NCBI GenBank assembly: GCA_964016885.1
Contig: OZ024743.1
Location: forward strand, 91,140,001 to 91,204,000
Length of the DNA stretch: 64,000 nucleotides
Direction of reading: 5' to 3'
Origin: Eledone cirrhosa
Lineage: Eukaryota
In this document: piece by piece, positions 25,301 through 39,700 of the stretch
Numbering within the stretch: position 1 is the stretch's first letter
How the letters are laid out: each line of letters opens with the position of its first letter
Position numbers and translations under genes: made by a program
The notes under the pieces: generated by a model
Database searches by the model: none
The model's input: only the letters and a program-made list of their open reading frames with translations
What the model was told of the DNA's origin: nothing

Positions 25301-27739
25301 TACTCCTAGTTTTCTAAGAGCCCACTAGATTACAGCACGTGGAACTCAGTCAAAGGCTTTCTCAAGGTCGACAAATGCCAAGTAGAGTGGCTTACTTTTA
25401 GCTAGGTACTTCAACTGACTACTTTTAGCTAGGTACTTCAGCTGACTACTTTTGTTATTTTGTCTTTCCTTTGTTCTGTCTTATACCATTTTGGTTTTGC
25501 GAGCTGTGTACTTGGGCTGCACATGCGTTATATCCAGGTTTGTGTGTGTGTTTTTAATTTGTTTATATAGACTACCTGTACTAGACAGAACTCTGGTTAG
25601 AAACCATTAGTAATAAAACACAGATCCTCCATTCACATTGTGCCAAACCCATGGCCCCCAAGTACCTAATCCGCCAAAACTCAGTATGTTGACTTTCATG
25701 TTATCCAAAATGGCTAATTGCAGACTTAGAGAGTGATGAAGAATGTGTTCCGCATGTGCAATCCTAAAGAGTTAGACAGACACACACAACACTTCATCCA
25801 CCACATGCAGTTTTCTGGCTACCATCAAAGAAACAAGATGAGGGTGTACAAAGAAACTAGGACCAAAACGTTGAATATTATAGAAAATGGGACATGTCAC
25901 TTGTATTGGAGCAAATTTTACAATAGGATAGAGAGAACTAAGAAAAAGACAAATAAGATCAACTTGTGGTATGACAGCAACAAATACCAGAGTGTAATGT
26001 TTGTTTGTGCAGCCCCCAGAGGTGAACTTACAGATTTAGAAGGGCTCTAGACAAATTAAATATTAAGATAGTAGGAAAAACAGGTATTCCCTTAAAAACC
26101 GTAATTAGTAAAACATTCTCATTTCAAAGAACCCCTTTTGAGAAAACCCCTTGTACCGATAGAAAATATATAGTCTGCAGATTAAGCCCACAGATTAACT
26201 GTAAGTTATGAATGTAGTATATAGCATGAGATACACGGAATAGAAACACATCATACGTAGGGGAGAGGGCCCATAGCATAGGAGAAAGGATAAAAGAACA
26301 CTGGTGAAAACTCCAATATGAGAAAAACTCATTAGTGCCCCAGCCACATGGGGGCTCACTATAAAAAATTATATCCATGCATCCAGCCCACACTGTAAAC
26401 AACAAAAAGTACTCAGTACACACTAAATGTGGTTGGCATCAGTTCTGTATGGTAAGACACAGTCACCTAACTCGAATTGCCCCTAAATGGGACAACTCGT
26501 CTAACCCTTTCTAGCATGGATAATAGACGTTAAACGATGATGAGAACAGACATAATGCTCTGATAGATTACTGAAGCAACAAACATAAATAGAATGCACA
26601 AGTGGGACAGCAACAACCTCACAGCATAGTAACAAAGGAGAATATAAAGACACAAGAATTAAACAAATAAAATAAACCAGACACACACAGATTGTAACCA
26701 ACTAGTGACAAGTAGGAAAGAGAAAAAAAAGAAATAAGCATATAAATAAATTTAAAAAACACACATACATACACACGCACACACAAACGGAGATATAGTG
26801 CATGTGCAACCCAAGTACAGAGCTCCTAAATACCAGATAGTGCAAAACAGAACAAAAGAGAGACACAACCACAAAAGCTGTCACTGAGGGGGTCATAGAA
26901 TGTGTAACAGCTTTGATAAACAACTAAACAACCATCTGGTTATTAAATCAACCAACTGTAAAATCATAACATTAAATTGAAGTAAAACCTAACAGTTATG
27001 TGTGTGTTTTCATTGGCAGTATGACCTCCCAAAGTATAACAATATGTTTTAACACACATTTGCAGATAAAAAAATTTGCAATACAAAAACGAAGTATATA
27101 TCATCATCATCTACAACATTACCGTTTAATGTCCATTTTCCACACTATCATCAGTTAGGCAGTTTGAGGCAAGTTGTGTCAAGTGACCATGGCTTGGTTT
27201 CTACGGTTGGATGCCCTTCCTAATGCCAACCACACTTACAGTGTGGACTAAGTGCTTTTTGTTGTAACATCTATGACCACTTTATGGTTCAGGGTGGGGT
27301 GGGGAAGATGCCTGGGGAATTGGGAGGTAGGTGTAGGGGTGGGATGATTACAGCATATATATATATTTATTTTATTATACATATTTCAAGGGCAACAAGG
27401 CAAATTATGGTGCGCTTTCATCAGATAAAATAGAGATTTGTTTTATAAATAAATATTGAGATAGCCGGAAAAAAAGACAACCATAACGGTTGGAGCTTCC
27501 TGGATAGGAAGGTTGTCTTTTTTTCCGGGTATGTCAATATTTATTTATAAAACAAATCTGTATTTTATCTGATGAAAGCGCACCATAATTTTCCTTGGTT
27601 GCCCTTGAAATATGTATAATAAAATAAATATGGTTTTATAAATATAGTTTCCATTTATTAATATATTGTATATTTATTCCACTTATTTGTTGAGTGCTTT
27701 ATATCAGTTATAAAAAATGTTTAAATTAAATATAACCTC

Positions 27740-27781
<42 letters not shown>

Positions 27782-30700
27782 AGTAGATATAAATCTGTTG
27801 AGCAAATATTTATTATTAGCACATATTAAAGTCTAAGCAAAGAAATTATTTGCTTAAGGAATTACACCAGTCCAGACTCCTGTTATTTTATAATATCTAT
27901 ATATATATATATCATCATCATCATTTTACGTCCGCTTTTTCCCTGCTTGCAAGGGTGGGACGGGAACTGATTCTGGCTTGATTTCTACAGCTGGATGCCC
28001 TTCCTAACACCAACCTCATTTACAGTGAGTGCTGGGTGCTTTTTTCCGTGGCGCCTACACGTCCACTTTGCAGTGGAATGATAGAGACCCCAGTCCTATC
28101 ATCTCATTTCTACAGCTGAGTAAACTGGAGCAATGTGAAATAAAGTGTCTTGCTCAAGGAAACAACACATCACCCGGTCTGAGAATTGAACTCACAACCT
28201 TTCGATTGCAAGGCCAATGCTCTAACCACTATATATATATATACAGGGTGCGAACGATAGTTGTTCGCAAGATTACTGTCTATGAAAAAATAACACAGTA
28301 GTTTTATTTTTTAAGATTTATTTATCAAACTTGGGTCAGTTTGTCTTCATGACTTGTTCTTTCGATCTCACTCGATAAACCCACCATTGGCTTTGATGAC
28401 GGCCTCGGAACCGGCTACAGGCCTTTGACACTGTCCCCCGACTTAGGCTCCTAAAGGCACTTGTGATCCTGGCCTTCAGATCGTCTTTCGTATTGCAGCT
28501 AGATCTGTTGGTGTCTCGTTCCACTGCGCCCCACACAAAGAAGTCAGGCGAGCTGGGAGGCCAGATGTCAGGTGAAGTGTGGTCAACGAAGTTCTCTGAC
28601 AGCCAGGCTTGGGTCTTTCGGCTGGTATGGCAGGGCACTGAGTCTTGCTGCCACACGTACGGCCTACCTGCAGCTACCTTGTCGATCCAGGGCTTTACTA
28701 CCTCGCTCAGAACGCAGATGTAGCCATCGGTGTTCAGCTTGAGGCCCTCAGGGGAGAAGTGAGGTGACATGACGACACCTAAGACCAGTGTTGTCGCTGG
28801 AAACTGTCTGCATAACTCTGGGCACGTCTTTAGATAAGACAGCAAGCCACCTGTTGTTCTGGGAGTTGATCTACTGGTCTTGGCAGAAGTTTTTCTCGTT
28901 GGAGAAAAACCACAGCATGTCTGGCTCCAGTGGGTGTTTCAACTTGTTGATCAGCTTCTTTGCGTGCTTCAGTCGCTTTTCTTGCATCGCCTTTGACAGA
29001 AATTGTGCTTTCCTCATCTTGTATGAAACGTAGCGAATGTCTTCATGTACCACCAGCCTAATGAGCTTTTCATCCACACCTTTCTCCCTTGCAATGGCAC
29101 GCATCGACTTCCTAGGTTCATTGTTGATGATATCCTGAACTTCAGCGACGAACTCGGGCTTTTCTGAAGGCGTCAGATCGTCGATCATGTGTTTTCCTCT
29201 CTGATGTTGCTTCGTAGTCGAATCCTGAATCTTCCAATTCCTTTCTGACCTTTTCCACCATTCTCCTGCTGACGCTGAGAGAGTCTGAAATTTCCTTATT
29301 TGTCCGCCCGGCGCGGATTCCAAGAAGAACTCCGTGTCTCTTCCAAAAAATTTGGAGGTTCAAAATTATTCATAATCAATTATTCTGAAAATAAATAATG
29401 GAAATATAGTCACTGTTTTTATGAAGACAAGAGTGACAACGGAAGTAAAAAAAATTTGCATAAAATTATCAGTTGAAAATTGCGAACAAATATTGTCCGC
29501 ACCCTGTATATATGTGTGTGTGTGTATACATATGTATATGTGTATTTATATATTTTCTTTTCTTTTTAGTTCCTACATTTTCATTGGAAAATGGGGATGT
29601 TATTAAAACTGCTTTGAAGGAACATTCAACAACCTCAGGTGAGGTAGCATCCTGACTGTTAACCCATTTGATACCATGATATAAAACTCATCATCATATT
29701 TATGTCTGTTTTGTTCCATGCTTACATTGGTTGGAAGTCCCTTCCAGCACACTTTTTCTTTACACATTGTGTTCCTTTTTTATCATTGTGGTGCTCAGTG
29801 CTTTAAGATTAACTCAACATTTCTGCCCAGGTTTTCCTTGGCCATCCTATACTGCAGTTTCCTTCCACTGGTACTTCTTCACCCATCAATCATCATTCCA
29901 TTACAAGTCTATACCAGCTGTCTTTTTTTCTTTTTTTAGTACACTACATTTGATTCCTCTTATAGTTTTTCTCTCAGTCCATCCATGTTCATCATCATCA
30001 TCATCATCATCAACGTTTAACGTCCGTGTTCCACGCTTGCATGGGTTTGGACGAGGGTAGTCCCACTTGAGGCAAGAGTGATTGTCTTGCTCGCATAGGA
30101 CTGTCTGGCAGGTTTTCTACAGTTGGATGCCCTTCCTAACACCAACCACATTTACAGTGTGGGTCTGGGAGGTTTTTACCGTGTTGCCTACACGGCCACA
30201 TTACAGCGTGGACTGTGTGTTTTTTTGTCGTGACACCTACACGATCTCATTTGTTTCGGCCTGGATGGGGTGGGGGTGGTGGGACGGGTGTATTTTGTTA
30301 GAGATGCCTACTGGCTGTAGTAGGTTTTACTATGTATTTAGGTAAGGCGGGTCTTCTCTGTTACTGAGTACCGCCAAAGGTCTCGGTCCAGTGACATTGT
30401 CTTGGAGAGGTGTAAGTGTGTGAGGTCGGAGTTTATCAGCTCGTCCCAGGTTTTTCTAGGTCTGCCTATTCCGTGGCTACCGTCTATCTTTATTGCCCTG
30501 CACTTTGTTATACAGCTATCGACTTTCATGCGCATCACGTGTCCATACCAACGTAGCCTTCTCTCGAGTAAACAACATCTGATCCCTCTTATTTCTAATT
30601 TTTTCCTTAGTTCGTTTATGCTTTGCCATTCACGTATATTACTGTTACACATCCAGCGGAGCATGCAAGCTTCGTTCCTCTCTAGTCTGCATATATCCTC

Positions 30701-33700
30701 TGCACACAATGCCCAGGTCTCACTGCCATGCAACATTGCTGTTTGTATGCAGGCATCGTACAACCTGCCTTTCATTTTTAGGGAGAACCCTTTAGCAGCT
30801 AATAGTGGTATAAGCTCTCTGAACTTTTTCCAACCAGTTCTGACTCTAGCTACTGTACTTTCAGAGCACCCTCCCCCACTGCTGATTTTATCGCCCAGGT
30901 AACGGAAGCTGTCCACTATTTCTATAGAACCCTCTGCGCAATTGAAAGAGCTAGTATTTTGCGGGCACTTGCTGCTACTTATTGCACCAGAGCACCGGCC
31001 ACATGTAAAATCTATGTTCTTAGTTAGCTTACCTGTGATCCCACTACATCTTTTATGCACCCATACTTTGCATTTAGGACATAAAATGGAGTTTCTACCT
31101 ACGCCTTTCCTACACACTGAGCATGACCATTTCCCAGAAGGGACCGCCGCCTTATTTTCTTTCCTACAAACTAGAACTTTAGTCTTAGCCAGGTTAATTT
31201 TAAGTCCTTTTGATTCTAGGCCGTGCTTCCATGTTTGGAATTTCTTCTCTAGCTCGGCCATTGATTCAGCTATGAGTGTCAAGTCGTCTGCGTATAGGAG
31301 TTCCCATGGGCAGCCGGTCTTGAACTCCTCTGTTATAGCCTGAAGGGCAATAATAAATAGTAGGGGGCTGAGAACAGAGCCCTGATGGACGCCAACTTTT
31401 ACGCTAAACTCTTCACTATATTCGTTGTTAATTCTAACCTTGCTGACTGTTTCTTTATACATGGCTTGTATAGCTCTCACAAGCTATTCGTCAACACCTA
31501 GTTTTCTAAGAGCCCACCAGATAATGGAACGGGGGGACTCTGTCGAAGGCTTTCTCCAAGTCGACAAAAGCTAAGTAGAGGGGTTTACCTTTAGCTAGGT
31601 ACTTCTCCTGTAGTTGTCGTACAATGAAAAGAGCGTCTGTGGTACTTTTGCCTGACACAAACCCGAACTGCATTTCATCTAGGTCAATTCTCTCTCTGAT
31701 TAGTTGCGCTATTACTTTTTCCGTGACCTTCATGTTAATCTTGCATATTAACATCACACTGTTTTTCTGAAAACTTCCATCATAATTTTATGTAAGAACC
31801 TCTAAAGGTTTTCCCTAAACACCACCTTTATAAACTGATAGTTATTTTACTAAATCCCTTCAAATTTTTGATTATTTTCTGAATTATTTGAATATCATTG
31901 GCAGTGATACGCCTAAAACTGAAGGTGAAAAATTGGTCAGAATATGAACCTTGCGACGAACTCCATCGATTTTCGGGGTGTTTAGGGCCTGGGCAAAATT
32001 CAAACGTGCCCAGTAAGGCCATCTGGATGTAAAATATTGTCTTAACCCTTTAGCATTTAAACCGGCCATATCCGGCCAGAATTCTCTCACCTATTTCTGT
32101 TCAAACCGGCCACTCATATCGATGTTAGGGTAATGTTCTCAAAATAAATAACAAAATCTTGTAGATTCGATATTATGTGAGGCAAAGCCTTTACTGGGAA
32201 AATACAATAGTAAATATAGCGTAATGTAAATGCTAAAGGGTTGAAACAATCCATCCAATCCATGCAAGCCTGGAAAAGTTTGTCAAAATAATGTTGATGG
32301 TAATTGCTAACCATGTTTTGATTGATCTATTGATTCTTTTGTTTACAATGTTATTGATGAAAGTTTGAAATAATTTTATTTCATTTATTTTTTAAACAGC
32401 TGATGAAAAGTCATCAGAGACAGTAGAGGAAGCTGATGAGGTGGAGACTGTTACCCAAGGAAAAGTAGTTGCTGTGTCACAGGAGGTAACAGGAATAATC
32501 AGCCAAGAGACAACTATGGCAGTTGAACAGGAGTCATCTAATGAATCTTCTCAATTAAATTCTGAGACAGAAAAGGTTGACATAACAGAATACAATGTGG
32601 CTTACTTCAGGAACATTGTGGTTTCTCAGACTGAAGTATTGAACAATCTCTCTGATGTTTGGGAGACAATTGTACCCAGCCTCACTGAGGAAGGTAAGGA
32701 TATATTAAGATAAGAGATACTGCAATGTACTTCTATATAGTTGGTTATATTTTCTTTTCATCATCATCTTCATCACTGTTTAATGTTCGTTTTTCCATGT
32801 TAGCATAGGTTAGACAAGTTGTCCAAATGTGAGCCAAGCCAGATCAGATGACTGTCTTGCTCACACCGGATCGATGTTGGTTTGGTTTCTACTGCTGGAT
32901 GCCCTTCCTAATGCCAGCCACATTTATCAAACTTTTAATGCTACTACTAACACTTTATTTTGTTCTCGTAAACTCCCTAAGATTGGTGATCTGCACTATA
33001 AACCCAGTACACGCTGTAAAGTGGTTGGTGATAGGAAGGGCATCCAGCTGTAGAAAGCTTGCCAGACAAAGGGTTGGGAGGACCCATCAATCGTGTCAAG
33101 GACATGGCAGCCTGCCTAATGCTGGTAATCTACTTGATAAAATCACCAGTCATCATCATCATCATCATACGTTGAAAATTGGTTGGTGATAGGAAGGGCA
33201 TCCAGCTGTAGAAAGCTTGCCAAACAAGGGGTTGGGAGGACAACCTCTTCAGTGATGGTGCCATGATAACATACTCTCGGTAGAACATGGAACTATATGT
33301 AAGCGAGCTGTGATCCATCAGCCTCTCTGAGAGTTCAGTAGGCCCATTTCAGTACTGACTCGGTTTATGAAAATCTGCCCAACCCTTGCTAGCAGGGAAG
33401 GTGGACATTAAATGATGATATATAACTAAAACCATATATGCCTTAACTAGTATGTAAACAAATCTAAACCAAACCTATGCTATCCATGAACTCATCAAGA
33501 GTAAATCATAATTCTACAACCAACCCTACCCACCATACCATATTGCATCAGTAAAAATTAAATTTAAACATGTCCTTCGGAACCTTACCCTAGCCATCTC
33601 TGTCAAACAACAACCAACCTATTCAATATATAATCTCGTGTTAATAATGTGACCTTTCCTGAAACGCTAAACTTTTAACATCCTTTAATGATTTAACGGA

Positions 33701-36700
33701 AAATATCTAAAACTGAGTGTGTTAATTCAAATGTTTATAGTATCTTTACTGGTGGACAGATCATTGTAGAAATTTGAAGTATTAAAATAATTACTTTAAT
33801 TTTTAATGTGATGCAGTCACAGTGCTTTTGTATACTTTTCAATAATGCCTTGCTTATGCAGTTTCATGTGGTACAGGACGTTAAGAGTTAAATAAAAAGA
33901 GGATGAAGGAGTTATTCTCTTGTATAATATGACCCCATGCTACAAGACTGCTAGACTTGTTTGGTTGAGTTTGTTTGTGGCAAATTTGTATGGTTATTTT
34001 CTTTAAATAATTACCAATGCTTTAAGGTGATTGGAACTCATCTTCAGAATGTCTAGCTGTATGATTAGATTGTTGTTTTAACTTTAGGTCAACTCTGATT
34101 AGATGCATGATAAGAGACATCTATGACTTTCATGCCTTAACCTTTTAGCATTTAAACTAGCCATAACCAGCTGCTCATACTTATATTTAAAATTAATATC
34201 AAAATCTCGAAGATTCGATATTATGTGAGATAAAGTGTTTACTGTGAAAATACAATAGTAAATATAGAGTAATGTAAATGATAAAGGGTTAATCCTTTCA
34301 TTGTTATGTTTCTAATGGAAGACACTGCTTATGATTTTTAAATCATTTTGAAAATCAAGAATTCAGAGGGATTTGGTAATGTAACTAACTTAAAATGTCT
34401 TTTATATAATTATGATGGAAGGTTTTTAGATAAATATAAACACTATAAAACAAACAGTTTTGTATCATAGAACCACAGACAGTTTGCTATCTATCAAAAG
34501 TGTTAAGTTTACCGTGGGCTATATTATCTAATGTGTCAACCTAATTTTAAGTTTATATGTAGTTTAACTCTTGAACATCATGTATGATATTAGCAAAACA
34601 TTTTTGGAAAGTACAAAACAGCTCTAAGAATGCAACTTATTAAAAATTAACATCTTTACTATAATACCATAAAGACATTTTCACAAGAATCTGTCCAATA
34701 AAAATGCTATAAGCATTTGAATTAAAAAAACATTTTCAGATATTTTCTGCTAAATATTAAGAATCGACCACACAAGTACCTTTGAAATCAATTTAGATTT
34801 TGAATATGTCTTGTCATTGCCAATAATGACTTTTATATAATTTCAGTTCAAGGAGAAGTTCGGTCAGTTATCGGTCAAGCTAAACTATTGATTTCACAAC
34901 GTTTTGATCAGTTTATTGGTCTGGTTGACAACTGTGAGTTTAATACTGGTGAGAAGGAGACAACATGTGGAGATCTACAAGGTTTTTGGGATATGGTAGA
35001 TTTTCAGGTAAGTTTTTGTTGAATATTTAAACCTGTTGGATATCATTTGCCAGTATGTATGTGAAAGCATGTGGCTTAGTGGTTAGGGTGTCAGACATAT
35101 AATCCTAAGTTGTTTGATTTCTTGTTCAGGTGACATTTTGTGTTCTTAGCATGACACTTCATTTCACATTACTTTTCTTGCTAAACCTGCATAGATGTGA
35201 GTTGTAACAAACAGACAGTGTGGGAGTGCATTTCAGTTCCATTTTTCTTCTCTTCCTCAGTATTGTAATTTGGTAAGAAATTGATAGAAATGTTAGTGCT
35301 GGGTGAAATGTCTTGTATTTTTCCAGCTCTTTCTGATCTGTGTTATTTTTGCCTTTCATCATTCTGGGTTAGATAAAACACCAGTTTAGGGTGGTGGTTT
35401 GGCAGAATTAAGTGCTGTGTGTTATATGATCCGGCTCTATTTGTTCTTCCAAATCCCTCTGGGGATTACTTCTGTGCTCATAGCAAGTATCAACTCTGCT
35501 GCAAGCATTTGAACCAGATTACTGGTTTGAGAATATAACTCTGCCTCCTTCTCACCAGAGCCCCCCACCCCCTCTCTCTCTCCCTCCATCCCTTTCTCTC
35601 CCACTCACCCACCCCTCTCTCTCCCCTTTCTCTTACTTTCACTGTTTAATCTTGATTCAGTTTATTCCTTTACTTCTTATTGCAAATTTTTATTTCTTGT
35701 ATTTGTGTAGTTAAAAGTATGTTTATCTTTGTTAGGTGTCAGATGTGAAGAAAAAGTTTGCTGATTTACAGAAACTGAAAGACAACAATTGGCAGGCAGA
35801 AGTTGTAGCCAGCAGCAAACCTGTCAAGAAAATAAGGAAAGTAAAGTCTGAGTCATCCAAAGTTTCCAAAATGGAAGGGAAATCCAAATTTTCCAAGTTT
35901 CTGGCACAGAAGAAGAAAGCTGCAAATAATTCACCTGCAGTAGATCCTGAAAGGGAAACAGACAGTAAAGAACAAGTTAAAGTATTTGATGGCCATTTCT
36001 TCAAAGTGGAGAGTCCAGTTAAATCACCAAAGCCACATTGTTCTGGTAAGATTTGCCTGTTGTTGTTGTTGTTGTTCAGTAAAACTAAGTTGGTAGAGCA
36101 TCCAACTAAATGTTTGATAATATTTAGTTTGTTTTCAAATTTTTGAATTAAACTGGCTGTATCTGGCCAGAATTCTCTAACGTCTTTCTATTCAGACTGG
36201 CTGTAACCAGCTGCTTGTACTTATGTTAAGGTATTGTTCTCAAAATAAATAATATCAAAATCTCATAGATTTGGTATTATGTGAGTTAAAGCCTTTACCA
36301 TGAAAATACAATTGTAAATATAGTAATGCAAAGGTTAAATCCTACCAGGATGGATAAAACAACAACCATACATGTACTAGCATTGATTTAAGGATTGTAT
36401 AATTTATTTGGAGGATTGGCAGGATTAAGGTTGATCTAATACCTAGTATACAGCAGCAGTTTGTTCTCTCTCTTCTGCTGTTTTGGTCTAATCTCTTCTG
36501 TTTTTTGCATCCCTCATTGATTCATTAGGTTCCATGGTACAGAATGTTTCTTGAGTTTTACATTCATCCCCATCATCATTATTTAACCCTTTACCATTTA
36601 CATTACTCTATATTTACTATTATATTTTCATGGTTAACACTTGATCTCACATAATATCGAATCTACGAGATTTTGATATTGCAGCTGGTTATGGCCAGCT

Positions 36701-39700
36701 TGAATAGAAAGAGGTGAGAGAATTCTGGCCGGATACGGCTGGTTTAAATGCTAAAGGGTTAATGTCTGTTTTCCTTGTTAGCAATTGTTGTTTAAATAAA
36801 TTTGTTTGAATTTTTCTTGAATTTTAGATTCATCATCACCATTATCATTTATTGTCCATTTTCCTTGCTAGCAAGAATTGTTTCTTTAAACTTGTTTGAA
36901 TTGTCATATTTTCAGACTCTGCCCCTAGTCCAGTTGTTAAACCAGTTTCCACTGACACAACCAAGGAGCAATCAGATGCTGTTGTTATTGCTGATTGTCA
37001 TGAGAAAGACAAGCTAGTTGATAAAACATCTGAAACAGAGTTAAAAGATTTGAATGATGAAGAAGCAGTCGAGCCAGTTGGTGCTGAGAGGTCTAGTGAT
37101 TCCCCAATGGTAACACCGTTTATTACAAGACCTAGCTATGTTCCTGCCATTCCCAGTCCTCTCCTTCAGGATGTAACACCTAGAAGGAGGAGAGTATCCA
37201 CCAAACGCCATTCGGTTCTCTTCAGTGAAATGACAAAAACACCAGACAGTTCTCAGCCAGTACCATCTACACCTGTTGAAGATGTTGGAGATGTTTCGAC
37301 ATCTGTTCCCAAGTCAGCACGAAGGTTTGTGTTTGACAGTTTATTTATTTGTTTATTTTTGGATTATGTTTGTTGTGTCGGAAATAACAAGGAGAGCAAT
37401 GTCGCATGAGTGGAAGGACAAAACACGGGGGCTCTCTTTCCTTGTGGGGCTAGATAGCGTGTGTGTGTGGGGGGAGGGGGGTGTCAATGAGCTTGTGTGA
37501 AACCTGGGATTTCTGGCCAGAGTGTGGAATATCCAGGACAGTGGGACAGTTATTCAAGACCTGAGAGTAAGACATTTATTGCCTACTTTTTCTGTTCCAG
37601 AAGTAGCAGACGTTTTCAAAGAACCAGCAGGAGGATTTCTGCAGTTCAACCTGTTGCCAAGACTCCCAGGAAAGGTATGTACTATTTTATTAATTGATCT
37701 TAAATTATATTTAACTGCTAACATCCTGTAATTATTTAACAAAACATTTCTATAAAAGAAGAAACAGGTTTGTTAATTTAAATGTTTATAGTATCTTTAC
37801 TGGTGGACAGATTGTTGTGAAAATTTACAGTTTTAAAGACTTTAATTTTTAAGTAGCCATGCAGTTAAATGCTGTTTTGTGCTTTTCAAGAATATCTTGC
37901 TTATGTGGCTTCATTGGGTACAGGACATTAAGAGTTAATGATTTGCTTAACATATTTATTTATTATATTAGTATTATTTAGTTTAGTGAATGTGTGTGGC
38001 TTAGTGGTTAGGGTGTTTTGGCTTATGATTGTAAGGTTGTTATTTTGATGCTGAGATCAGCTGGTGCTGACACCTCAATAAGTTGCACCCAGTACACTCT
38101 GTAAAGTGGTAGTGCTGGTGTCTTAATACATATACTTTGTACGCTCTGCAAAGGGGTGGTGCTTATGCCACAATAAAATGTACCTGGTATACACTGCAAA
38201 GAGGTAATGGCAGTGGAACGGTAAAATAAACCTAGTATATGCTGTAAAGTGGTTGGCATATGGCAGGGCAACCAACTCTAGAAATCATGCCAAAATAAAA
38301 CATATGCAAGAGATGTTATCTGATCCTGTTTAGTTTCAAACTTTGACAACCTGTTCAATCTATAAAAACGGTTGTCAAATGATGACTATGATGATGAGGG
38401 GTTAAAATTATTTTAACCCCTCCCTGCCCAACTTGTTTTGATTGATCTATTGATTCTTTTGTTTACAATGTTATTGATGAAAGTTTGAAATAATTTTATT
38501 TCATTTATTTTTTAAACAGCTGATGAAAAGTCATCAGAGACAGTAGAGGAAGCTGATGAGGAGACAGAGGTGGAGACTGTTACCCAAGAAGAAGTAGTTG
38601 CTGTGCCACAGGAGGTAACAGGAATAATCAGCCAAGAGACAACTATGGCAGTTGAACAGGAGTCATCTAATGAATCTTCTCAATTAAATTCTGAGACAGA
38701 AAAGGTTGACATAACAGAATACAATGTGGCTTACTTCAGGAACATTGTGGTTTCTCAGACTGAAGTATTGAACAATCTCTCTGATGTTTGGGAGACAATT
38801 GTACCCAGCCTCACTGAGGAAGGTAAGGATATATTAAGAGGTATTGTAATATTCTTTTAAGTTTTTGTTTATAAAGAAACTATTTTCCGAATCACTGAGC
38901 AGATTTAAGTTTTGAAAATATTTTAGTTTATTTTGTAACTTGTTTGTGTTTTGATTCCACCATGTCTTGTCATTACCAATAATGACTTTTATATAATTTC
39001 AGTTCAAGGAGAAGTTCGGTCAGTTATCGGTCAAGCTAAACTATTGATTTCACAACGCTTTGATCAGTTTATTCGTCTGGTTGACAACTGTGAGTTTAAT
39101 ACTGGTGAGAAGGAGACAACATGTGGAGATCTACAAGGCTTTTGGGATATGGTAGATTTCCAGGTAAGTCTTTGTTGAATATTTATCATCTCCAAATGGT
39201 TTTCTGCAGTTTAACCCTTTAGCATTTACATTACTCTATATTTATATTTTCATGGTAAAGGCTTTACCTCATATAATATCGAACCTATGAGATTTTGATA
39301 TTTATTTTGAAGGCAATATCTTAACATTAGTATGAGTGGCCGGTTACAGCCAGTTTGAATAGAAAGAGGTGAGGGAATTCTGTCCAGATACAACCGGTTT
39401 AAATGTTAAAGGGTTAAGGTGGTCGACTGACAGAATTGTTATAATGTCTGACATTATAACTATGTGCCTTGTAGCATATGATCATGTACTTTTTGTTCTG
39501 CTTCCAAATCCCTCTATGGTCTACTTGGGTGCTCCTATCAGCATCTGCTTTGTTGCAAGTATTTGGGACAGGACTCTGGTTTGAAAATGCCTGCTTCTTT
39601 CCCACCATTTTATCTTGGAATACAAAGTTAAAATGGTTTATATTTAGCATTCTTGTTTTATTTCTTGTATTTGTGTAGTTAAAAGTATGTTTATCTTTGT

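Larger units (their letters stand above)
27363..27631. repeat. Near-perfect palindrome, ~120-bp arms, 28-bp spacer
   Basis: 27363-27482 is the reverse complement of 27511-27631 with about 5 differences. Confidence 0.95.
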
